A stretch of 64,000 nt of DNA from an uncultured delta proteobacterium. Lineage in GTDB: Bacteria; Desulfobacterota; Binatia; Binatales; Binataceae. Numbering within the stretch: the stretch's first letter is position 1; each line of letters opens with the position of its first letter. The stretch lies in NCBI GenBank assembly GCA_963833025.1, contig CAWHWI010000003.1, positions 281,010-345,009 on the forward strand, read 5' to 3'. Shown here piece after piece: positions 1 to 9,378 of this stretch. A program made the position numbers and the translations under genes. The notes under the pieces were generated by a model. It had not been told where the DNA came from. It did not search any database and worked only from the letters and a program-made list of their open reading frames with translations.

Positions 1-701
1 GCAGCCTAAAAAGGAAAATCGCGCTCGATATCGTCAAGGGCGTCGCGCGCGGATGCGATCAGGCCGGTATGAGCCTGGTCGGCGGCGAGACCGCGCAGCT
101 CAGCGGACTATACAAGCCCGGCGAGTACGACCTGGCCGGCTTCGCGGTGGGAATTGTCGAGCGCGCGCGAATTCCCGAGCCGTCGAGCGTGCGCGCCGGC
201 GACGTGCTGGTCGGACTCGCCTCGAGCGGACTTCACTCCAACGGCTTCTCGCTCGTTCGCCGCGTTCTGCGACGCGCGAAACTCAAGCTCAGCGCGCATA
301 TCGACGAGTTGGGATGTACGCTCGGCGAGGAACTCCTGCGTCCGACGACCATCTACGCTCGCGTCGTCGCGGAACTCTTCGAGCGCTTCAAAATAAACGC
401 CCTCGCCAATATTACCGGCGGCGGCGTGCTCGAAAACCTGCCGCGCGTGATGCGCGCCGACACCCGCGCAATCGTCGAACGCGGCAGTTGGCCAACGCCA
501 CCGATTTTCGGCATGATCCAGCGCCTCGGCAAAATCGCCCGCGCCGAAATGGATCGCACCTTTAACAATGGCCTCGGGATGGTCGCGATCGTGCCCGCGC
601 GTGAGGCCGACCGCGTCGTCGCTCATTTGCGCCGCCGCGAATTTGCGGCCTATGTTGTCGGCGAAGTAACCCGCGGCAAGCGCGGAGTGTCGATTCGCTG
701 A
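1..701 (+). CDS. purM: phosphoribosylformylglycinamidine cyclo-ligase (AIR synthetase), C-terminal portion; 5' end lies outside the window
   Basis: The frame is open from base 3 (…DIVKGVARGCDQAGMSLVGGETAQLSG…) and runs into ORF 69..701. It carries the PurM C-terminal domain motifs (NITGGG, GEV). This is the translated ORF compared against family knowledge. Confidence 0.9.
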   Translation, partial: SLKRKIALDIVKGVARGCDQAGMSLVGGETAQLSGLYKPGEYDLAGFAVGIVERARIPEPSSVRAGDVLVGLASSGLHSNGFSLVRRVLRRAKLKLSAHIDELGCTLGEELLRPTTIYARVVAELFERFKINALANITGGGVLENLPRVMRADTRAIVERGSWPTPPIFGMIQRLGKIARAEMDRTFNNGLGMVAIVPAREADRVVAHLRRREFAAYVVGEVTRGKRGVSIR

Positions 702-724
702 GCCAGTGAGCAACGATTAATCCG

Positions 725-1393
725 ATGGCGGAAAATCCGACGGTCAAACTCGGCGTCCTGATTTCCGGCAGCGGCACCAATCTGCAGGCTATCATCGACG
801 CGATTCTGCGCGGCGATCTCAAGGCTGAAATCCGTCTCGTCATATCGAATCGCACCGACGCCCATGGACTCGAGCGCGCGCGCCGCCACGGAATCGAGAC
901 CGCCGTCATCGACCATCGCAAGTTTGCGTCGCGCGAGGACTTCGACCGCGCCGTGCTCGCCGCGCTGCGCGATCGCTCCGTCGAGCTGGTCGCGCTCGCG
1001 GGCTTCATGCGCCTGATATCGCCCGTGATGCTCGACGCGTTCCCGGGCCGCATCATGAATATTCACAACAGCCTGCTGCCGTCGTTTCCCGGCATCCACG
1101 GGCCGAAGGACGCGCTCGAATACGGCGTCAAGATTGCGGGTTGCACTGTTTTCTTCGTCACGCCCGGCGTCGATGTCGGCCCGGTGATCGTGCAGGCCGC
1201 TGTGCCCGTGCTGCCCGGCGACGACGAACAACGCCTCGCGGCGCGCATCCTCCAACAAGAGCATCGCATCTTCCCGCACGCGATCGCGCTCTTTCAGCAG
1301 GGCCGCCTCGAGATTGAGGGACGCCGCGTTATCGTCAAGGGCGATTCGGCCAAGCCGAATTCCTCGCCGCTCGTGAATCCTCCGCTGGATTGA
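725..1393 (+). CDS. purN: phosphoribosylglycinamide formyltransferase
   Basis: 222 aa with GVLISGSGTNLQAII and the NIHNSLLPSFPG motif typical of PurN. It sits immediately downstream of purM. Confidence 0.9.
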   Translation: MAENPTVKLGVLISGSGTNLQAIIDAILRGDLKAEIRLVISNRTDAHGLERARRHGIETAVIDHRKFASREDFDRAVLAALRDRSVELVALAGFMRLISPVMLDAFPGRIMNIHNSLLPSFPGIHGPKDALEYGVKIAGCTVFFVTPGVDVGPVIVQAAVPVLPGDDEQRLAARILQQEHRIFPHAIALFQQGRLEIEGRRVIVKGDSAKPNSSPLVNPPLD

Positions 1394-1410
1394 TTCGCAA
1401 CAGGTGAAGA

Positions 1411-2094
1411 GTGAACACACTTTCCGCCATCGTGCCGATGCTCAACGAAGCGGCCACGATCACGAGCACGCTCGATGCGCTCCGGCGCGGCGCTCCCGAC
1501 GCGGAGATCGTCGTCGTGGACGGCGGCAGTATCGACGCAAGCGTCACGATAGCGCAACCGTTGTGCGACACCGTGATCAGCGCGTCGCGCGGCCGTGCGC
1601 GTCAGATGAACGCGGGCGCGCGCGCATCGCACGGCGACGCGTTGGTCTTCGTCCACGCGGATACAATAGTGCCTGCGACATTCGCGGCTGACATCGCGTC
1701 GACCTTGTCGAATCCCGCGATAGTCGGCGGACGCTTCGACGTGAAGCTCGACTCAAGCGCCGTCGTCTACCGGATCATCGGCGCGATGATCAGCCTCCGC
1801 TCGCGAATCAGCCGCACCGGCACCGGCGATCAGGCGATCTTCGTGCGGCGCGACGTCTTCGATCGCCTCGGCGGCTTTCCCGAGCTGGAGCTGTGCGAGG
1901 ATCTGGAATTCTCGCGACGCCTGAAGCGCGCCGGACGCGTCGCATGCCTGCGCACCCACGTGACGACCTCCGCGCGGCGATGGAATCGCGACGGAGTCGC
2001 GCGCACCGTGCTCAGAATGTGGCTGATTCGCGCGATGTACTTGATCGGCGTGCCGCCCGCTCGTCTCAAACGGATATACTCCGACACCCGCTAG
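1411..2094 (+). CDS. GT2 family glycosyltransferase (TIGR04283-like)
   Basis: 227 aa with an SAIVPMLNEA start and DGGSxD and ED motifs, consistent with the GT-A fold. Confidence 0.7.
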   Translation: MNTLSAIVPMLNEAATITSTLDALRRGAPDAEIVVVDGGSIDASVTIAQPLCDTVISASRGRARQMNAGARASHGDALVFVHADTIVPATFAADIASTLSNPAIVGGRFDVKLDSSAVVYRIIGAMISLRSRISRTGTGDQAIFVRRDVFDRLGGFPELELCEDLEFSRRLKRAGRVACLRTHVTTSARRWNRDGVARTVLRMWLIRAMYLIGVPPARLKRIYSDTR

Positions 2095-2133
2095 CCGTTA
2101 ATCCGCTGGACAGGCTTTTCCGCGCGGATAACA

Positions 2134-2430
2134 ATGGCATCAGCGAGGTACAACAACAACGTGGCGAAAGTCGAAGTGTACACCACCACCTACTGCCCCT
2201 TCTGCACGCGGGCCAAGAGCCTGCTCAAGAGCAAGGGCATCGCGTTCGATGAAATCGACGTGACCGACGACGACGCATTGCGCGAGAAGATGATCGAGAT
2301 GTCCGGCGGACGCCGCACGGTGCCCGAGATTTTCATCAACGGCAAGATTGTCGGCGGCTTCGACGAATTGAAGGCCCTCAACGACTCCGGCAAGCTCGAC
2401 GGTCTATTGGCCGAGTCGGCGCCAGCCTGA
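2134..2430 (+). CDS. grxC: glutaredoxin 3
   Basis: 98 aa with the CPFC active site in a thioredoxin fold (VEVYTTTYCPFCTRAK…TVPEIFINGKIVGGFDEL). Confidence 0.85.
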   Translation: MASARYNNNVAKVEVYTTTYCPFCTRAKSLLKSKGIAFDEIDVTDDDALREKMIEMSGGRRTVPEIFINGKIVGGFDELKALNDSGKLDGLLAESAPA

Positions 2431-2465
2431 ATCTTCAGCGGTCACCACTGAGGCGCAAATAAAGA

Positions 2466-2506
2466 CGGGCGCATCGCGGACTGTATCCGCGGCGCGCCCG
2501 CTTCGA
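2466..2506. terminator. GC-rich nested stem-loop between convergent grxC and a lipoprotein gene; possible bidirectional terminator
   Basis: Inverted repeats cgggcgc…gcgcccg enclose an inner cgcgga…tccgcg pair. There is no strong U-tract, so this is weak. Confidence 0.3.
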
Positions 2507-2527
2507 TCATTGTAGTATCGCGAACCG

Positions 2528-2971
2528 CTAGTTGCCGTTCGGCGACGCCACCATATTCTCGTTCATGTGATGCAACGCGTCGCGGTCAACCGACGAGTCG
2601 TATTTAATCGCTTTGGCCGTGACCGTGATCTGCGAGCCGTCGTTCGAGGTCGTCTGATTCTCGTCGACGATCGCGTCAATCGTATCCGGCCATTTTGCAA
2701 ATGCCATCGCCTTCAGCTTGTCGCTGATCTTGGCCTCGTCGATCGCATCGGGCGTGAACGGCACCGTATAAGTCAGGTCGCCGAGCTCCGAGTATGGCTT
2801 GCCGGCCGGCGGCGATTCCGTAGTGACCCAGATATGCGCCATGTCGACGCGATGCTCGAACACCTGCTGCTTTTGCACTTCCTGCTCGCGCGCGGCGGCA
2901 CAGCCGGAAATCCACAGCGCCAGTCCAATCGCCATCCAGGTTAGAATTTTCGAACGCATGTTGTTCCCCAT
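2528..2971 (-). CDS. hypothetical lipoprotein
   Basis: 147 aa with a signal peptide and lipobox (LALWISGC). Confidence 0.5.
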   Translation of the reverse strand: MGNNMRSKILTWMAIGLALWISGCAAAREQEVQKQQVFEHRVDMAHIWVTTESPPAGKPYSELGDLTYTVPFTPDAIDEAKISDKLKAMAFAKWPDTIDAIVDENQTTSNDGSQITVTAKAIKYDSSVDRDALHHMNENMVASPNGN

Positions 2972-3121
2972 CGGTCCCTTCTATCTACTTCGATTATAGT
3001 CGCAACCCTGCATTTGTCTAATCGCGAGCGGTCCCGTCCGGGACGAATTTATTCCATCGGATGATATGACGTGGCAAGCGCTCCGGTGTTCGTTCGTCGC
3101 CGTGACCGGTAGTATTCCCGC

Positions 3122-3958
3122 GTGACCAGATTTGCTGCCTGCTTCATCCTCGTCTTCGGAGAACTCGCCTGGGGCGGGCTCTTCGCGCTGGCGATTCCGC
3201 CTTTCTTCAACGTCGAGCGCGGCTTTTACAAATCGAGCGCTTCGGTCTACCTGGCCGCATCGATCACGACCGCCGTCGGCCTCGGATTGCTGGCGTTGCG
3301 TGGCGGCGCGTCCGCCGGTCCAGGCGCGGGCGCATTGTGGACGGCAGCCGCGCTGTGGACCCTGTCGAGTGCGGCAGTCGCCGTCTACCTATATACGTTG
3401 TGGACCGAAAACGGCTTCATCCGCGCGCGATCCTACGCGCTCGGCCTGGGCCTCGGCCTCCTCGCCCTGATCGCCAACGTGATGCTGCTGATGCCGCCCG
3501 GCTTCGGCGCCGCCGCGGCCGTCGCCTACGGACTCACCGCCATAACGTCGGCGCTGGTGCTGGGATTGGTCAGTGGCGCGATGCTGTTCGGCCATTGGTA
3601 CCTCATCGATCTCGAGATGCCGGTCGACTACCTGCGCACCTTCATCCGGCTGTTGGGAGTCGTGCTGGTCGCGGACCTCGTCGCACTCGGCCTCGCGATC
3701 GGATTGCCCGCAATCCTCGGCAGCGCCAGCTCCGCCGCCGCCGTGCAAGATCTATTCGCCTCGCATCTCGGACTACTCGCAGTTCGGCTGATACTCGGTC
3801 CAATCGCGACCATCGTGCTGGTCTGGATGTGCTGGCAGACGCTGAAAATCCCGCAGACGATGGCCGCAACCGGCCTGCTCTACATAGCAGTGATGTCAGT
3901 CCTGGTCGGCGAAATGCTCGGCCGCTTCATACTGTTTCGCACCGCAATCCCGCTGTGA
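3122..3958 (+). CDS. hypothetical polytopic membrane protein
   Basis: 278 aa beginning at GTG. It has multiple hydrophobic helices rich in Gly/Ala/Leu. Confidence 0.5.
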   Translation: MTRFAACFILVFGELAWGGLFALAIPPFFNVERGFYKSSASVYLAASITTAVGLGLLALRGGASAGPGAGALWTAAALWTLSSAAVAVYLYTLWTENGFIRARSYALGLGLGLLALIANVMLLMPPGFGAAAAVAYGLTAITSALVLGLVSGAMLFGHWYLIDLEMPVDYLRTFIRLLGVVLVADLVALGLAIGLPAILGSASSAAAVQDLFASHLGLLAVRLILGPIATIVLVWMCWQTLKIPQTMAATGLLYIAVMSVLVGEMLGRFILFRTAIPL

Positions 3959-4063
3959 CTCAGCATCGAACTCCTGATCTTAAGACAGCAAGGACCTTCT
4001 GATAATGTTTGGTTCGGCCGGCGTTGGAGCGCGAGCACGCGAAGGTTTTTCCCTGCGCGAACA

Positions 4064-5101
4064 ATGCCCGGTGTCCCAAAGATGGCGACAACCATGCATT
4101 TCACTTCTTCTCAAGATGGTCGTCTTTTCCACACTACCGGCTTCGGAAAAGTCCGGGTTGGTCCTCTCCTCGCAGATATCGCGACCGGCTCGCGCTGGGC
4201 AGAAGATGAGAACGACCAGTTTCCATCGGACCAACAGTGGTCTGATGCGTTCGAGCAAATGATGAGCTGGTTCTCGGGAACATTTCCAACGCAATACCAA
4301 CAACGCGTTATCAACCGCTTGCGCGGCACCCGGCGCGCGCGTGACGAAACTTTCGCCGAAATTATTGCTGCTTATTTCATTGAGCGCGCTTGTGGTTATT
4401 CGGTCACAGATTGGGAACCTGAATTCGGTCAAAGCAACACTGCCGATTTCACGATTGTTGTCCCCCTGCGAACATGCTCGCCGGAAATCTTGGTAGAGGT
4501 AAAAGCCCCTAGTTGGACGGGTGAACGGTCACAGGAGATCCAAGAGCGAATCAAGAGCTTGAAAGCGCGGCGTCTCAGTGCCGGCGACCGCGAGAGTCAA
4601 GCTGAACTGGATGCTTGCTTGATAAACGAGAGACATTCTCTGAGGCGGATAAACTCGCAACGCAAGTATGGAGACGATCCAAAATCTAAATCATTTGACT
4701 TTCGCGACGATGTGGAGCGCGCCCTTGTCAAGACATGCTTTGCGGACGATGCCGAAACTCCTCGGTTACCGAGTGAACGTCCCACCTTGCTCGTAGTAGT
4801 CGACGACTTGGAGTTGGAAATGCACGAGTCGGGCGGCGAGTTCTCGGTGAAGCGCAGCCTTTATGATCAGCCAAGTGTGCCGGTTTACCCGCGCGGGCTC
4901 TTCTTGGATACGCGCTTCAATCGACTTAGCGGGCTGGCTACGATGGGAAGATGGTGGTTACACGAAAGACGCAATCCTGAAAAGTTCTTCTCCGTGTTCC
5001 CGCACTTTAGGGCGTTACCCGAATGCCGTTTGCCAAATGGGGCGTTCTCGGACTTCCTGGCGGATCTTAGCCTCTTCACAGCCGATCCCCGGGCTGCCTA
5101 A
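4064..5101 (+). CDS. hypothetical protein in a low-GC insertion; possible PD-(D/E)xK-like nuclease core
   Basis: 345 aa. Local GC is about 52% against about 65% in the flanks. The segment ADFTIVVPLRTCSPEILVEVKAP has a D…ExK arrangement reminiscent of PD-(D/E)xK. I do not recognise the family. Confidence 0.45.
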   Translation: MPGVPKMATTMHFTSSQDGRLFHTTGFGKVRVGPLLADIATGSRWAEDENDQFPSDQQWSDAFEQMMSWFSGTFPTQYQQRVINRLRGTRRARDETFAEIIAAYFIERACGYSVTDWEPEFGQSNTADFTIVVPLRTCSPEILVEVKAPSWTGERSQEIQERIKSLKARRLSAGDRESQAELDACLINERHSLRRINSQRKYGDDPKSKSFDFRDDVERALVKTCFADDAETPRLPSERPTLLVVVDDLELEMHESGGEFSVKRSLYDQPSVPVYPRGLFLDTRFNRLSGLATMGRWWLHERRNPEKFFSVFPHFRALPECRLPNGAFSDFLADLSLFTADPRAA

Positions 5102-5130
5102 GGCGATCCGCACTTTGAGTACGGGCAGCG

Positions 5131-5478
5131 CTAAACACTCTTCGCTAACTTCTCCGCGACCAACGCGTTCAAGCTGATTCCCGCGCGCTCTGCCTCGATG
5201 GCAAGTGCGCGATGTACTCGCTTATCAACGCGGACCTGAAAGATGCCGTGGTACTGTCGCCGCGCAGGCGCCGCCGGAACCTCGACACCGCGGGCCGCGT
5301 AGGATTCCTTCGCGGCCGCCCAGGCTACATCCAGTGCCTTGAGCGCCTTCTCGGGAGTTGGACCGAATGCCGAAATTCTCGGCAGTTCAACCAGGTGAGC
5401 CAGCCAGTCGTTATCCTCATCGAGGAACAGCTCAACCGCATACGCGCCGAAACGATCTTGCTCTTTTTTCTTGGCTAT
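5131..5478 (-). pseudogene. HicB-family antitoxin-like gene (N-terminal HicB fold plus C-terminal RHH); no canonical start codon
   Basis: The minus-strand frame is open from 5517 to 5131. It encodes …DRFGAYAVELFLDEDNDWLAHLVELPRISAFGPTPEKALKAL…YHGIFQVRVDKRVHRALAIEAERAGISLNALVAEKLAKSV*. It contains no ATG, GTG or TTG upstream of the HicB domain. An ATA codon at 5476-5478 sits where a start is expected, with GGA upstream. The gene is absent from the ORF track for this reason. Confidence 0.5.
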
Positions 5479-5497
5479 TGATCCAGATCCCGCTTCC

Positions 5498-7387
5498 CTA
5501 GTGCACGAAGTTGCCGCCTATCAGGTAAACCGGCCCCTGGTAGGTATTGATGGCGAGCCCATTGTTGCCGAAGCGGATTATCCGAAGCGGAGTAGTCGAA
5601 ACATTCGGGATCGTGATCGAACCGATCAGACTGAATTCCCTCAAGTTGAAACTCTGGATCGTGCCCGACGAGTCGACGAAGAACGCTTCGTTCAGAGTGG
5701 AGTCGGGCACCATCACGTTGTTGAACCCTGCCGAATACTGCCCAACCGGACCTCCCGTCGATGGATTGATGACATGGCCGTCATCCGAGTAGACGAAACC
5801 GGTCCCGGAATCGAAGTGAATTCTTGCGCCGAACTCGTCAAAGTCATTTGAAAAGTCATCCGCCAATACGACTCCGCCTGAGGTCACCGAAAGGATATAG
5901 AAGTCGAAGCCGGTATCTTCGTTGTTCTCCGCGTACAACGCGGTGTCATCGGATCCCCACTGAAGCGAATCGTACAGAACACCTCCACCACCGCCTGGGC
6001 CGAATCCTTTAGCGATGGTCGGACGCGGCGTGGAATTATCGTAGATTACGATTCCTCCCTGTGCCGCCGGACTTTCACCCATAACCGCGAGGGTGACTGC
6101 CGTGGTTTGAGGCGCGCTCGGCGCGACCTGGAGGTCGAGCGCAAAGTACGGGCCAGCAAAACTGCTGCGGCCCAGAGGATAGCTTATGTCTGTCGCCAGG
6201 CCCGGCAGCGTGAAGCGTTGGACCGTCGACGCTCCGTCGAGCCCGGCGTAGAGGAACGAGCTGTCATCCGAGATCGCGAGCACGTCCGGCTCGCTGCCGG
6301 CGAACTGCGAGGTCGATATTTGCCCCGTCGCCAGGTTGAGTACCGAGATATTGTTGCCATTGGTCGGCGCACTGCCAGGCACTGAGAGATAAATCACCCC
6401 GTTGACCGGATCGTTCACGATGTCATTGGACTGCTGATTGATCACCAGTTCCGCATATCCGGGGCCGCCAGTGCTTCCGACGAAAAATATTTCCGGCGCC
6501 GACACCACCGAGTTCGCCGCGACGGTCACTTGATCCACCCCGACGTTGGTGATGTCAGCCGAGGGAATCGTCGTGTTCACCTGGTTCGACGAAACGAAAC
6601 TCGTGGTCTGCCCGACTCCGTTCCATTGAATCGTGGTTGATGCCGTCAGGTTGCATCCGCATGCAGTCAGCGGGAAATCCGAGCCGCCCGCCACACCCGA
6701 ACTCGGAATCAACGACGAGACCGACGGTGGACCCGACGGCGAACATGCCCCCGGGGCCGGGTTCGGACACACTATCGGCGTCGGCGTGGCCGTCGGAGTT
6801 GCGGTCGCGGTCGCTCCCGTCACGGTTGCAGTCGCGGTAGCCGTCGCAGTCGCTGTGGCGGTAGCAGTCGCCGTGGCGGTTGCAGTCGGTGTTGCGGTCG
6901 CGGTTGGAGTGGCGACTGGTGCGCCGATGCCTTCGCCTTTCAGACTTACACTGAGCGGTTTGCCGGCGCTGTTGACGACCATCAGCTTTGTCGACTTCTT
7001 GCCATCGGAAGATGGGGTGAAGACGACCGACTCGACGCAATCACCCCCCGCTGCCAGGCTGGCCACACAGTTAGCTGAGGGAACGAACTCGGGGTCCAGC
7101 GCAACGATCGAACTGATATCGATCGCGCCTGAATTCGGGTTGTGAATCGTTACGGTAACCGGCGCGCTCCGCTCAAGCGGTGCAAGCTCGCCAAAGTTGA
7201 GCTTCTTCGGAGAAGCTGTAAGCGCTTTCGGCTTTTTGGTCTTCGTGAAAGGACCCTCGCTGGCGCTTTGCGCAGACGAGCGGGTCACTACTCCGCCTAT
7301 CACGATCAGGAGTGCAAACGAGGAAAGCAAAAGCAACAACAACACCTTCGAGGCAGCCGATGGCCGCGTCGACGACTTAAACCGCAT
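5498..7387 (-). CDS. secreted repeat-containing protein with a (Thr-Ala/Pro)n linker and a beta-propeller-like C-terminal region
   Basis: 629 aa. It has a signal peptide (LLLLLLSSFALLIVIGG) and a low-complexity ATPTATATATATATAT linker. The C-terminal half is rich in Gly/Ser/Asp. Confidence 0.6.
   Translation of the reverse strand: MRFKSSTRPSAASKVLLLLLLSSFALLIVIGGVVTRSSAQSASEGPFTKTKKPKALTASPKKLNFGELAPLERSAPVTVTIHNPNSGAIDISSIVALDPEFVPSANCVASLAAGGDCVESVVFTPSSDGKKSTKLMVVNSAGKPLSVSLKGEGIGAPVATPTATATPTATATATATATATATATATATVTGATATATPTATPTPIVCPNPAPGACSPSGPPSVSSLIPSSGVAGGSDFPLTACGCNLTASTTIQWNGVGQTTSFVSSNQVNTTIPSADITNVGVDQVTVAANSVVSAPEIFFVGSTGGPGYAELVINQQSNDIVNDPVNGVIYLSVPGSAPTNGNNISVLNLATGQISTSQFAGSEPDVLAISDDSSFLYAGLDGASTVQRFTLPGLATDISYPLGRSSFAGPYFALDLQVAPSAPQTTAVTLAVMGESPAAQGGIVIYDNSTPRPTIAKGFGPGGGGGVLYDSLQWGSDDTALYAENNEDTGFDFYILSVTSGGVVLADDFSNDFDEFGARIHFDSGTGFVYSDDGHVINPSTGGPVGQYSAGFNNVMVPDSTLNEAFFVDSSGTIQSFNLREFSLIGSITIPNVSTTPLRIIRFGNNGLAINTYQGPVYLIGGNFVH
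6786..6925. repeat. hexanucleotide tandem repeat (GCNGTN)n inside a CDS, encoding a (Thr-Ala)n linker
   Basis: About 23 tandem 6-nt units are visible in the sequence (gcggtcgcggtcgctcccgtcacggttgcagtcgcggtagcc…). Confidence 0.7.
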
Positions 7388-7574
7388 GTAAACTATCTGT
7401 CCCCCACCCCCGAATTATTCTGCACTATGTGGCTATCGCAGTTTCGAATCGCGCGCAAGGACAAACGCACGCTGGCTGGCTGACTCGCAGTTGATGCGCC
7501 TCACCCCCAGCAATCGCCGGCATGCCCGAAGAGCCGCCGACGCTAACTGATCCGACAGCCGAACCAGCCTCGAA

Positions 7575-8309
7575 TCAATTACCCGGCTTTATCGCTACCT
7601 GCGCGGCGACCCAGTTGTAAAACTGGGCAGCGACGCTGACTTGAGGATCGGTTTGGCCCATCTGACTCTGAGAGCTCGCCAGAATCCAATATTCGAGCCC
7701 AGTGGCCTCCTGATTCAGGACTACGCTCTCGTTTTCCGGCAGCGTTGGATTCAGTCCGCCACATATTCCGCAGCTGGCGCCGCGGAAGGAGCCGAAATCA
7801 GTCGCGTCGAAAGCAAGGATAAGGTCCCCGTCGCTGGTCGTCGTAACGGATTTGGCCGTGATCGTTCCGTTCAAGCCGCCGGTGTTGCCGCTGCTCGCAT
7901 CCACCGGGGCATCTGACGCAACATTGTCCAGCACCACGACCGCGCCTTGCGCATCCACCGGCTCGCTGAATGTCCATTCCGCAGTGCCGGGGTCGCCGCC
8001 CCCGGTTGTGTGCCAATAGAGCGTCTGCCGGGTCGTCGGGGTAAAGTCGTCGCGGATAAGCTCCCATCCGTCGGGCGCGGTGATCGTCGGTCTCGGACCG
8101 CCGTAGGTTAATACGTCGGCAATCGCGACCTGGCCGTTTTGCGTACTTTGGGCCAAGTCCAGCGCAAGACTCGTCGTCCCCTTCATGATTGGCGCTTGCG
8201 CGGAAGAGACTACGCTGGCGCCTCCCGTCGTGTTTTCAGCGCCTGCCGACGAAAAATTGAATGCGACCAGAAAAACCGCAGCGACCCCTATCAACGTGGC
8301 TCTCATCAT
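7575..8309 (-). CDS. secreted hypothetical protein
   Basis: 244 aa with an N-terminal signal peptide (LIGVAAVFLVAFNFSSAGA) and a Thr/Gly/Asp-rich body. Confidence 0.5.
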   Translation of the reverse strand: MMRATLIGVAAVFLVAFNFSSAGAENTTGGASVVSSAQAPIMKGTTSLALDLAQSTQNGQVAIADVLTYGGPRPTITAPDGWELIRDDFTPTTRQTLYWHTTGGGDPGTAEWTFSEPVDAQGAVVVLDNVASDAPVDASSGNTGGLNGTITAKSVTTTSDGDLILAFDATDFGSFRGASCGICGGLNPTLPENESVVLNQEATGLEYWILASSQSQMGQTDPQVSVAAQFYNWVAAQVAIKPGN

Positions 8310-8398
8310 TGTCCCTCTCTTTCAGCCAGTGGCCATCGCCATCTTAGCATTTTCAAACGATCTCGCGAACTGGAAAGATGCGACCTCGCCAAGTGCAG

Positions 8399-8418
8399 TC
8401 TGGCGCGCCCGGAGGGAT
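8399..8418. repeat. 20-bp direct repeat of the 3' end of tRNA-Arg(TCG); putative attachment-site scar of a small TA islet
   Basis: The 20 nt tctggcgcgcccggagggat at 8399-8418 are identical to 9378-9397, which cover CCA, the discriminator, the acceptor arm and part of the T arm of the tRNA at 9379-9455. Confidence 0.6.
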
Positions 8419-8455
8419 ACAATGCAGTTCAGCTTGGTTTTGCTTCTGAGGCGGT

Positions 8456-8524
8456 CTTGACCAACACAGTGCATGTACGTACGTTGTGAACCTAGGAGAT
8501 ACTGTGTGAGGAGGAGAGAACGCA
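8456..8524 (+). promoter_or_regulatory. candidate promoter, operator and RBS of the TA operon
   Basis: TTGACC, then 17 nt, then TACGTT. A palindrome gtacgtac overlaps the -10 element. GAGGAGGAGA sits 8 nt before the ATG. Confidence 0.3.
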
Positions 8525-8794
8525 ATGGCTTCCTTGAAAGCCAGGAGAATTAATCTTCGGACAACGCCGGAACAGGACGCTTTGATTCGGCGGGCTGCTG
8601 AGGTACAGCGCAAATCTGTCAGCGAATTCGTTCTGGAGTCCGCCTGCAGGTCCGCCGAAAGTGCTCTCTTCGACGCCAAAACTTTCATGTTCGATAAGCA
8701 AGGGTGGAAGCAGTTCAACGACACTTTGAACCGCAAAGCCAAGGCTATTCCTGAGTTGGTTGAGTTGTTCCGGGAAACTGCGCCTTGGGATTAG
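8525..8794 (+). CDS. DUF1778-family type II antitoxin (TacA-like)
   Basis: 89 aa with a ribbon-helix-helix-like N-terminus (RINLRTTPEQDALIRRAAE…SVSEFVLES). It lies 4 nt upstream of a GNAT toxin gene. Confidence 0.8.
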   Translation: MASLKARRINLRTTPEQDALIRRAAEVQRKSVSEFVLESACRSAESALFDAKTFMFDKQGWKQFNDTLNRKAKAIPELVELFRETAPWD

Positions 8795-8797
8795 CCG

Positions 8798-9334
8798 GTG
8801 CCGCTTGGAAGGCCCCGACCCATGGAAGCCGGCGACGTGCCTCTCGCACAATCATTCGACTGCGGCGTTCCGGCTCTCAATAAGTGGCTCCAGAACTATG
8901 CTTGGCAGAATCACAATAGTGGTGGTGCCCGCGTTTATCTCTCGATAGACCAGGACACCAAACAAATCGCTGGCTATTTCTGCCTGTCCGCAGCCAGTGT
9001 CGATTACAAATCTGCGCCCGCCCGAGTGATTCGTGGTCTCGCGCAACACGAGATTCCTGTCGCACTCGTCGGCAGACTTGGAGTTGACGAACGCTATCGG
9101 GGCCGTAAGCTTGGGCGCTTTCTCATTCTAGAGGCGTTCCGCCGAGTCCTCGAAGCTGCGGACACGATGGGTGTTCGCGCAGTCATTGTTGTCGCTAAGG
9201 ACGATGATGCAGCGGAGTTTTACAAAAAGCTTGGATTTGAGGTCTCCGTAGACAACCCAAGGCTATTCTTTATCACACTGAAAGATGCCAGAAAGTCTTG
9301 TGCGGATGCAGGTCCGCAAAACCGATCTACGTGA
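8798..9334 (+). CDS. GNAT family acetyltransferase toxin (TacT/AtaT-like)
   Basis: 178 aa with the GNAT motif RYRGRKLGRFLILEAF. It starts at GTG 8798, with an alternative ATG at 8822. It is coupled to the DUF1778 gene. Confidence 0.75.
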   Translation: MPLGRPRPMEAGDVPLAQSFDCGVPALNKWLQNYAWQNHNSGGARVYLSIDQDTKQIAGYFCLSAASVDYKSAPARVIRGLAQHEIPVALVGRLGVDERYRGRKLGRFLILEAFRRVLEAADTMGVRAVIVVAKDDDAAEFYKKLGFEVSVDNPRLFFITLKDARKSCADAGPQNRST

Positions 9335-9378
9335 TGACCAGCAGCACGGATTTCTCTTCTGTCAGTTAGCTTTGGTAT

